IMG/VR virus record: IMGVR_UViG_3300027365_000007
Reading direction: 5' to 3' (one strand)
DNA: 64,000 nt
From: a virus
Lineage: Duplodnaviria > Caudoviricetes
Positions 57,247 to 64,000 of this stretch are shown here, one piece after another (positions within the stretch are counted from its first letter, which is position 1; each line of letters begins with the position of its first letter). The notes below the pieces were generated by a model. That model was not told the origin of the DNA, did no database searches, and was given only the letters and a program-made list of their open reading frames with translations. The translations under genes were made by a program, and so were the position numbers.

Positions 57247-57627
57247 TTATTTGTTTTCAGTCTTACCAGAAGGCTCTTTACGATAATATTCTTCGATAGA
57301 CTTTAACAAGATCTTATTCGCCTCTAAGTAACGATTGATATCCTGCATATTATAGGACATGCTTTCGTAGCCGTCAACACTAAGTCCATAATAAACTTCT
57401 GGAAGCTCATTAGGATTCCCATTCAGTATCTCACGCATTTTTTCCTTAGTCAACACATGAAATTTCACGTCCCTCATCTGAATAGGTTGTGGCTTCTCAA
57501 AATCATATGGGATCTTACATACAAGCGCAGGATTGTCTTCTATTGTTTCAGTTTCAAACACTCTGAAGATCGAACATCCAGTCATGAGGGAACTAATCAG
57601 AACTAATATTAGAATTTTTTTCAACAT
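57247..57627 (-). CDS. o-spanin (outer-membrane lipoprotein), start re-called at 57627
   Basis: MLKKILILVLISSLMTG|C lipobox; overlaps the 3' end of the i-spanin gene. Confidence 0.75.
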   Translation of the reverse strand: MLKKILILVLISSLMTGCSIFRVFETETIEDNPALVCKIPYDFEKPQPIQMRDVKFHVLTKEKMREILNGNPNELPEVYYGLSVDGYESMSYNMQDINRYLEANKILLKSIEEYYRKEPSGKTENK

Positions 57628-58027
57628 TATCAAATACCTTTTTAGTAGCATCGTTAATTCGTCTTTCAATCAATCCCGGCTTGGCCACAGTAAGTGCCTC
57701 TAAATCACGTTCAGATCCATCTGCCGAAGTATTGAAAGTGTCATAAAGGTCCGAAATTGCTTGATTATTACGTTTATTAGCTTCACGCATTTCATCCGCG
57801 AATTGTTTTTGTTCAATCAAGTCATCTTGAACTTGATTCTGGAATGACACCATCTGTTGTGCTATTTTATTATTTTCCTCTACAACATTTTCAACTTCAG
57901 TTTCAAGTTTAGCATTCTCGTTCTTCAATGCGTCTATGCGATAATATCCGGCTATGATTACCAGTGCTATGATAATATACACAGACCAGTTAGAGAAGTT
58001 AAAAAAATTCTTTATTGCACTTAGCAT
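57593..58027 (-). CDS. i-spanin
   Basis: N-terminal TM segment, coiled coil, and C-terminal AKPGLIERRINDAT motif. Confidence 0.8.
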   Translation of the reverse strand: MLSAIKNFFNFSNWSVYIIIALVIIAGYYRIDALKNENAKLETEVENVVEENNKIAQQMVSFQNQVQDDLIEQKQFADEMREANKRNNQAISDLYDTFNTSADGSERDLEALTVAKPGLIERRINDATKKVFDNVEKNSNISSD

Positions 58028-58048
58028 ATCATACTCCTAAACACTACT

Positions 58049-58450
58049 TTATTCCTCAGTACCACTCTTTTCAAAGAACTGACGGACATCATTAATATCT
58101 ACTTTTTTAGAATCCTGTTTATAAATTTTCATTTTCCAGTTATCCAAACCAGATGCCATACCTAGTTCCAATAATATTCTCATAATATCAGTCCACGTTT
58201 GTTCATTAAGGAACAGTTCGATATATACTGAATATCTACCATCTCCATCACTGTATTCTATAGTAGTAACATCAACTAACTGTTTCAATGGCATATAGTT
58301 AACGAAATTTCTAATATCCTTAAGAACATCCTCTTCCTTAACATAGAAGTTAACCACTACCATCTCACTATTAGTACCACTCTTCGGCTCGTACATACCA
58401 ACCTCTAGATACGGTAATAGAACATATTCCAAATCTTTATGTTTAAACAT
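58049..58450 (-). CDS. Hypothetical protein
   Basis: ORF track. Confidence 0.65.
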   Translation of the reverse strand: MFKHKDLEYVLLPYLEVGMYEPKSGTNSEMVVVNFYVKEEDVLKDIRNFVNYMPLKQLVDVTTIEYSDGDGRYSVYIELFLNEQTWTDIMRILLELGMASGLDNWKMKIYKQDSKKVDINDVRQFFEKSGTEE

Positions 58451-58470
58451 AATTTCAAAAACCCTTATTT

Positions 58471-59058
58471 TTAAAACTCAAAATCTTCATCACCGCCTTC
58501 GCCGCTGCCGAGGCCACCAAAATCATCGCCTCCACTGTCCATTGACGACGCAGCACTTTCTTCAGCTTCTTCCTCACCTTGATATATAGCCTCAATATCA
58601 CTATAAAGAATGTCTTCGCCGTCAATATTAAACATTGTGTTTCCATCAAGGGCAAGATAACGTTGCGGTACCCGTATAGTAACAATCCATACTTTATGCT
58701 CAAACACTTTTTTATGAAAACCTTGTTGGGTAGTGTACTCGAAAGGCTGCACGTTCTCATCCTTGATAAGCGCTACGCGTTTATACGTATCTTCGTTCAA
58801 CTCAACCATACATTCAAGATTTGTAAGTCTTTCAAATACGGCAGGATTGGGCGGCATCTTGTTAGGAAACATCAGTTTTATTGTTACGTAATATTTCTCT
58901 ATTTGTGGTCCAAATACCAATTCACCATCCAACCAATTATCAAACGCGAATGCACCTATCTGTTCCATGAAAGCAGCAACCTCCATGGCAGCATCCAATT
59001 TTCCATAATCGTCGTTTACATTCTTAGTGTTTTTGTATATCGTACTTGTTGTAATCAC
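58471..59058 (-). CDS. Hypothetical protein with acidic tail
   Basis: ORF track (GTG start); TATAAATA upstream. Confidence 0.65.
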   Translation of the reverse strand: MITTSTIYKNTKNVNDDYGKLDAAMEVAAFMEQIGAFAFDNWLDGELVFGPQIEKYYVTIKLMFPNKMPPNPAVFERLTNLECMVELNEDTYKRVALIKDENVQPFEYTTQQGFHKKVFEHKVWIVTIRVPQRYLALDGNTMFNIDGEDILYSDIEAIYQGEEEAEESAASSMDSGGDDFGGLGSGEGGDEDFEF

Positions 59059-59080
59059 TGCTTATACCCTTGTTTATTGA

Positions 59081-59100
59081 TATTTATACAAGGATAAATA
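59081..59100. promoter_or_regulatory. Back-to-back late promoters (TATAAATA minus 59081-59088; GATAAATA plus 59093-59100)
   Basis: Both motifs lie in a 65-nt divergent intergenic gap. Confidence 0.55.
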
Positions 59101-59123
59101 TTACTACATCAAAAGAGGTGAGT

Positions 59124-59852
59124 ATGACAACAAACAAAAATGAATTCAAAGTCAATACAAAATATGTACCGAAATTGAAGCCTGAAAACAAAGAGCAATC
59201 GAAGGCACTACAACACTTGGAGTCAGATGTTCCATATAATTTTCTTGTCGGACCTGCTGGATCTGGTAAGACCCTTTTCGCCACTGTATATGCCATTAAA
59301 AAATTTCTAGACGGTACATACCGTAAAATCGTAATTACCAGACCAGCCGTATCGGTTGACGAAGATCACGGTTTCCTTCCGGGGGACATTACAGCCAAAA
59401 TGCATCCTTGGATGCTTCCTATAATCGACGTATTCATGGAGTTTTTTGATGCAGATACCCTTGAAAGTATGATCAAGGAAGGTGTATTGGAAATTGCCCC
59501 TCTTGCCTACATGCGTGGTCGTAACTTAGGTGCTATCATGATAGATGAGAATAGCGACAAGCGCGGATTTATCGTATTAGCAGATGAGATACAAAACTCC
59601 ACTCCTGAACAAATGAAAATGCTACTGACTCGTCTTGGTAAAAATAGTAAGATGATCATCACGGGTGATTTAACCCAACATGATCGTGGGATGGACAATA
59701 ACGGTCTTCTAGATGCTTACAATCGACTTACCAAAAATTATGTAAGTGACGAATACATATCAATTGACAAATTCAGTAAGAAAAGTGTTGTGCGCAGTGA
59801 TGCTGTACAAAATATACTCAATTTATACCCAGAAGATGAGAGTGATGTATAA
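59124..59852 (+). CDS. phoH: PhoH-family ATPase (start re-called at 59124)
   Basis: GPAGSGKT, ITRPAV, GFLPGD, PLAYMRGR, ADEIQN and ITGDLTQHD motifs; GAGG SD. Confidence 0.95.
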   Translation: MTTNKNEFKVNTKYVPKLKPENKEQSKALQHLESDVPYNFLVGPAGSGKTLFATVYAIKKFLDGTYRKIVITRPAVSVDEDHGFLPGDITAKMHPWMLPIIDVFMEFFDADTLESMIKEGVLEIAPLAYMRGRNLGAIMIDENSDKRGFIVLADEIQNSTPEQMKMLLTRLGKNSKMIITGDLTQHDRGMDNNGLLDAYNRLTKNYVSDEYISIDKFSKKSVVRSDAVQNILNLYPEDESDV

Positions 59853-59930
59853 AAATTAACTTATAATTATTATTCGTTGGATATTATATAAATAATAGTA
59901 ACAATATACACAACGTAGGAGATATATGTT

Positions 59931-60143
59931 ATGACGCATGAAGAAAAATTTACATCACTACTTGGTTCACTGAGCGGTTCTGAGCAAGCATTTATGATCA
60001 ATATTCCGAGCGACATTGGGAACCCTATCAAGATGCTTTCACGCAACATCCCTGAAGGTGCTAAAGTGAAAATTGACGGCAGTGTAATGTATGTTAAAGC
60101 ACCTAGCTTTAGTCATACTGACGCAATTCTACTTCAAGTGTAA
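59931..60143 (+). CDS. Small late protein
   Basis: TATAAATA at 59887-59894, AGGAG SD, terminator downstream. Confidence 0.65.
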   Translation: MTHEEKFTSLLGSLSGSEQAFMINIPSDIGNPIKMLSRNIPEGAKVKIDGSVMYVKAPSFSHTDAILLQV

Positions 60144-60167
60144 CTAAGTACAGTAAATTGTATAACG

Positions 60168-60197
60168 AAAAAGAGAGGCATATGCCTCTCTTTTTTA
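60168..60197. terminator. Bidirectional terminator
   Basis: AAAAAGAGAGGCA/TGCCTCTCTTTTT inverted repeat between convergent genes. Confidence 0.8.
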
Positions 60198-61625
60198 TAC
60201 TGCCATAGGTGGTCTTTTGGCTTTCATAGGTTCTTTATTAACCTCTAGGCCAACAATATCAATATCTTCCCATTTCAAACCAATGACATCATCAATAGTA
60301 TTAAAATCTTTATTGATAACTAACTCTCCCGGTTTTCCTAGATCACGTTCAACAATTTCCTTTGCAAACTCAAGCTGATTCTCATATATATGAACATCGG
60401 TTAAATCACAAGACATATATCCAACGTTCATGTTCGCCAATTTTGCCATGCATATTAGATACAATGCGTATTGCTGACGTGCAAAGGATTCGCCGAATAC
60501 TACATCCAGACTTCGGTTCATAACTTTTAAATTAAGTGTCATAGAACCATCTTTTTCAGGAATGCATACAAATTGATGTGAATGCCAACAAGGCGTGAGT
60601 GCCATTTCTTTACTCTGCGATGGATTCCAGAAAGTAGTTAACATTCTTCGACTGTAAGGATTGTTAAGCAGGGTGTCACTGGTTTCTATAAGTTGATCGA
60701 CACCTTGGGTGTTTTTTTGTCTAGAAACCAAACGATATCCATTCCGCGTTATATTTTTGTCTATGTTTTTTTCAGACCATAAATCATAAAAGTTTTTTGG
60801 ATCAAAATTCATCTGTTTTGCAAATTTGACCGCATTATCAAATGTGTGAACTTCACCTGTTTCGACATCTTCGACGGTTATAGTATAGTTTTCTGGATGA
60901 TTTTGTGAATCGGTAATCCACATACAGTTTTCTATAGAATATTCAAATCCATTACCAATAATATCCTTATCCAAGACGTATCGGGTATGAGGATTGGCAA
61001 TCTTATCCTTCCAGCCCGGTATTTTTTTCACATCTTCTGAAAACTTCTTAAATTCAAGCCAATCATTACACACAGACACACCTTTTGCACCATATAAATG
61101 ATAACTACTTGAATCTCTGCGATAACAACGATCTATCATTCCCATCCATGTGGACTTTAGTGGATCATGCTCACTACCGTATCCATTTGCAATACCCAAA
61201 TACGTCGCACTAAGCCCTTCTTTTAGTCTTGGTTCAGGTTGAGTTATACTATCGTATTGACCATTAAAATTTCTCCACGCAAACCCATACGCTTTACCCA
61301 TTTCACCCTCACCAAGATAGTTTAGGTTTCGGTTATCTAGAAATTCACGACTAGTATTACCTTTCCAGAAGCCAACGCCTTTATCCTCAAGTAATTTGGT
61401 TTGAGTTTGTCCATGCATAAAGAACCAAAATTCTTCAAATGCAAGCCTTAATGGCGCTGATCTAAAAGTAGAAAACGGAAATTGCTTTCCTACATTCCAA
61501 ACTAGTTTACGGTCAAAGACCTTATAGCATCCAACACCCGTTCTATCAGGTGTTTTAACCCCATTTTCCAAAACATCTTTGATAAGGTTGATGTAACCTT
61601 GCTCATCATAGTATACTACTGACAT
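60195..61625 (-). CDS. thyA: Thymidylate synthase with an in-frame homing-endonuclease insertion
   Basis: PDRTGVG, EEFWF, YGFAWR, GVDQL, RRM...WNP, ALTPC, RSLDV and DVHIYENQ motifs; ~180-aa insert between YGFAWRNFNG and GVDQL. Confidence 0.9.
   Translation of the reverse strand: MSVVYYDEQGYINLIKDVLENGVKTPDRTGVGCYKVFDRKLVWNVGKQFPFSTFRSAPLRLAFEEFWFFMHGQTQTKLLEDKGVGFWKGNTSREFLDNRNLNYLGEGEMGKAYGFAWRNFNGQYDSITQPEPRLKEGLSATYLGIANGYGSEHDPLKSTWMGMIDRCYRRDSSSYHLYGAKGVSVCNDWLEFKKFSEDVKKIPGWKDKIANPHTRYVLDKDIIGNGFEYSIENCMWITDSQNHPENYTITVEDVETGEVHTFDNAVKFAKQMNFDPKNFYDLWSEKNIDKNITRNGYRLVSRQKNTQGVDQLIETSDTLLNNPYSRRMLTTFWNPSQSKEMALTPCWHSHQFVCIPEKDGSMTLNLKVMNRSLDVVFGESFARQQYALYLICMAKLANMNVGYMSCDLTDVHIYENQLEFAKEIVERDLGKPGELVINKDFNTIDDVIGLKWEDIDIVGLEVNKEPMKAKRPPMAV
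60711..61250 (-). mobile_element. His-Me-finger homing endonuclease domain plus C-terminal HTH, fused inside ThyA (boundaries approximate)
   Basis: W.GMIDRCY...Y.LYG.KGV.VC..W..F..F...LDKD...YS.ENC.W, followed by an IENR1/NUMOD1-like TGEVHTF.NAV.FA segment. Confidence 0.8.
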
Positions 61626-61641
61626 ATTAACCTCTTTTTAC

Positions 61642-61671
61642 TTGCAATTTGATTAAGAATTATGTTAACAT
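61642..61671 (+). promoter_or_regulatory. Candidate sigma70 promoter (TTGCAA-N18-TAACAT, extended TG)
   Basis: Divergent intergenic region upstream of the HD-kinase gene. Confidence 0.4.
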
Positions 61672-61695
61672 AGAATGGTTATAAGGAAAGGTCTT

Positions 61696-62772
61696 ATGTA
61701 CAAAAATATTTTTATAAATTGGTTTGAAAATGTATTCTCTGGTGAAGCGTTCCGCGATGACATGGTGGATACTGTCGAAGATTCTCCATATCATCGTGAA
61801 GACAACGTTTGGGTCCATACAGAAATGGTAGTTGACGCATACATTCGTTTGTCACCTGCTACATGGTCCAAAAAAGATCTCATGGGCGCATTGATGTGTG
61901 CATTTCATGATGTTGGCAAGCCTGCGAGTGAAGAAGTGAAACAGCGTGATAACGGTACTGAATATCGTCGCTACAATAACCACGACACTGTATCAGGTAA
62001 TATGTTTATTGATTATTATCTTCAGAATAAAGACCAACAGGTATTTTCTGACTTGAACTCTACCGACATTTATAACATTTGGGTTATGATTGCATATCAC
62101 ATGCCGTATAAGATTAAGCAAAAGCGCCTTGATAATCTCTCATACCATATGAATAAATTCGGACTTGTCAGTGTGTTTACCCGTGCGGTATATGCTGATG
62201 CAAAAGGCCGTATTAGTGATGATGAAGAGAAAACACTAAAGTCATCGAGTAAGTGGTGTGAGCGGTTCAACAAGATGTACGTTGAACATCCAGTGCGTAA
62301 CGATTCCAAGACTGTTATTGTTTTGTGTGGATGTTCTGGTATTGGTAAAAGTACTCTCTCTGAAAAGTTGATGAAATCATACAGCAATGAAAGCATTGTT
62401 TATCATTCTATGGATGACCTTCGCCTCAAGTGGTACTCGGATGATTATCGCGTTGCGTTTGAAAAAGCGTCACAAGATTCAGATTTCGGTAATAAAGTCA
62501 CTAGTGACTTTATGCATAAGCTGAAAGTCAATGACATTGTACTTGTAGACAATACTAATCTAACTTACAAGCGCCGTAACCAGTACTTGAACAACAATAA
62601 AAATACTGTTAGAATTGCATATGTTCTAGTCGCATCCTTTGACGAAGTTCTAAACCGTCAATCTAAGCGAACTGATAAAGAAATTGGTTATAAATCGATT
62701 GAACGTATGTACTATTCTCATCGCCCTGTTATCTACGGGGAAGTTGATGAGGTGAAACTAGTAGGATTCTAA
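61696..62772 (+). CDS. HD-domain plus P-loop polynucleotide-kinase-like fusion (start re-called at 61696)
   Basis: HREDNVWVHT, FHDVGKP and NHD (HD domain); GCSGIGKS and VDNTNL (kinase). Confidence 0.85.
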   Translation: MYKNIFINWFENVFSGEAFRDDMVDTVEDSPYHREDNVWVHTEMVVDAYIRLSPATWSKKDLMGALMCAFHDVGKPASEEVKQRDNGTEYRRYNNHDTVSGNMFIDYYLQNKDQQVFSDLNSTDIYNIWVMIAYHMPYKIKQKRLDNLSYHMNKFGLVSVFTRAVYADAKGRISDDEEKTLKSSSKWCERFNKMYVEHPVRNDSKTVIVLCGCSGIGKSTLSEKLMKSYSNESIVYHSMDDLRLKWYSDDYRVAFEKASQDSDFGNKVTSDFMHKLKVNDIVLVDNTNLTYKRRNQYLNNNKNTVRIAYVLVASFDEVLNRQSKRTDKEIGYKSIERMYYSHRPVIYGEVDEVKLVGF

Positions 62773-63225
62773 ATGATTGTAACATTTGGTTATGATGTGA
62801 AGTTAGATGAGTTTGTGCCGACTTTTGAACCTTCAATGTCGCATGAAGTGTGGGTTGATGCTAATGACAACCTACCAATCTATATGTCTAAAAGTTTTTT
62901 CATCACACACTATCGAAAGTTGACATTCATGAAGCGGTTTGGTTTTGATTTCTCTAAATTGAAATCAGAATCAGAACTGGAACGCATGCTTCAACTTTCA
63001 GGTAATGATTTATACTATGCATGTAGACTTCTCACTATAAAAAAGAGGTCTGCACTGTATACGTCGTGTCGTTCCCAATTGTTGAATTTCCTTAAAGCAA
63101 ATCAACCAGAGCCTGTTTGGACATCCAAACAAACACGATGTTTGAGCGCTGATTTTGGTAAAGAATATACCAATAAATATATTGCAATATCCAAAGCGCT
63201 CAACGTCATATCATCATTTGCTTAG
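62773..63225 (+). CDS. Hypothetical protein
   Basis: ORF track. Confidence 0.6.
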   Translation: MIVTFGYDVKLDEFVPTFEPSMSHEVWVDANDNLPIYMSKSFFITHYRKLTFMKRFGFDFSKLKSESELERMLQLSGNDLYYACRLLTIKKRSALYTSCRSQLLNFLKANQPEPVWTSKQTRCLSADFGKEYTNKYIAISKALNVISSFA

Positions 63226-63999
63226 ACGTTGGTTCAACGTAGTGTTTATTTTAGTGAGCATATCTTTGGCTCTTTCTTCTTCAGTATCAAAATCTATACA
63301 AACATCTGGGTATTGGTTCAAGAACCATAAGAAGATAAGCATTTCCTTAACTTTGAATTCAAGGTCACTTACTGATAGAGATTTTGGGTCACACATAGGT
63401 GTTTGAAGATCTCTATACTCAAGAAGCTGCTTTGTAAACTTCTTGAAAACTACTATATCCTTCTGTACATCAATAGGGCAGTTGATTAGTCGATGATATT
63501 CCTTAACTTGGTTTGGATATACCTTTTCTAAGAATTTAGCAATCAGGATTTTATTTTCCATATCGCCATGTACAAACATAGAGTCTTCAGGGAAACGGGT
63601 ATTTTCAGACCAATCAGAAAGAATAGTACTAAGATTATATGTTTTCATAAGGCTATGAATGTAATCATCAGTGGGCTGTACCTTGAATTTATCGACACAT
63701 ACGTTTAATTTTGCCTTCATGGCATCTCTGACATACTGTAGCGTGTCTTTATTAGTTGCCCCGACATAACCTACATCGTATATTCCAAAGCGCCCTGCAC
63801 GTCCTGAGATTTGCTTTGTGAGCATGTCCCCTAGAACGGTGTGTGAGGTACCGTTGTATTTTTCATGGGTGGTAAACAATATACGCTCAATAGGAAGATT
63901 CAATCCCATGCCTATGGCATCTGTTGTTATCAATACGTCTGTTTCACCATCAATATATCGCTGTGCCTGAAGTTTTCTTACATCCGATCCTAGTGCACC
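63214..63999 (-). CDS. Suv3-like SF2 helicase, C-terminal part (5' end outside the window)
   Basis: The frame stays open to the edge: GALGSDVRKLQAQ...TDAIGMGLNLPIERILF...QISGRAGRFG. Confidence 0.8.
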   Translation of the reverse strand, partial: GALGSDVRKLQAQRYIDGETDVLITTDAIGMGLNLPIERILFTTHEKYNGTSHTVLGDMLTKQISGRAGRFGIYDVGYVGATNKDTLQYVRDAMKAKLNVCVDKFKVQPTDDYIHSLMKTYNLSTILSDWSENTRFPEDSMFVHGDMENKILIAKFLEKVYPNQVKEYHRLINCPIDVQKDIVVFKKFTKQLLEYRDLQTPMCDPKSLSVSDLEFKVKEMLIFLWFLNQYPDVCIDFDTEEERAKDMLTKINTTLNQRLSK

Positions 64000-64000
64000 A

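Noticed and set aside
60711-61250. Group I intron or intein explanation for the thyA insert
   Set aside because: No intein terminal residues, the insert is fully coding and in frame, and no P7-like core was recognised by eye. Not fully excluded without a covariance-model search.
1-64000. Alternative genetic code (stop-codon reassignment)
   Set aside because: Core genes are full length under the standard bacterial code and coding density is high.
1-64000. tRNA, tmRNA or rRNA genes
   Set aside because: Intergenic gaps are short and explained by promoters and terminators; no cloverleaf or T-loop pattern was recognised by eye.

Overview
A 64 kb AT-rich, densely coding segment of a large lytic T4-like (jumbo-type) myophage. 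It carries gp41-like helicase, gp61-like primase, gp62-like clamp-loader subunit, UvsW, gp46/gp47, PhoH, thymidylate synthase, tail fibres, repeat-rich virion proteins, an M15 endolysin and overlapping spanins. (N)ATAAATA late-promoter motifs sit upstream of structural genes. Gene content, including a miniature DnaE-like gene, resembles Rak2/GAP32-type jumbo phages (recalled, not searched). The host is probably a gammaproteobacterium. The first ~7.5 kb is an accessory block: a rhomboid protease missed by the ORF track, a SLOG protein, Thg1, an apparently catalytically dead NadM-Nudix, a degenerate HAD, DUF3307, a cyclic-phosphate receiver and ArfA. The best lead is the phage arfA gene, which has an intrinsic-terminator hairpin inside its coding sequence 10 codons before the stop. 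This suggests the phage kept the non-stop-mRNA/tmRNA feedback switch for backup ribosome rescue. Other leads are a complete homing endonuclease fused in frame inside thymidylate synthase with no intein or intron signature, three inteins (one class 3), an Acb1 anti-CBASS nuclease, a ClpA, and a CLec/DUF1566 gene with DGR-target-like features. No tRNA, rRNA or CRISPR array was recognised. All family calls come from motif recognition by eye; no database searches were run.
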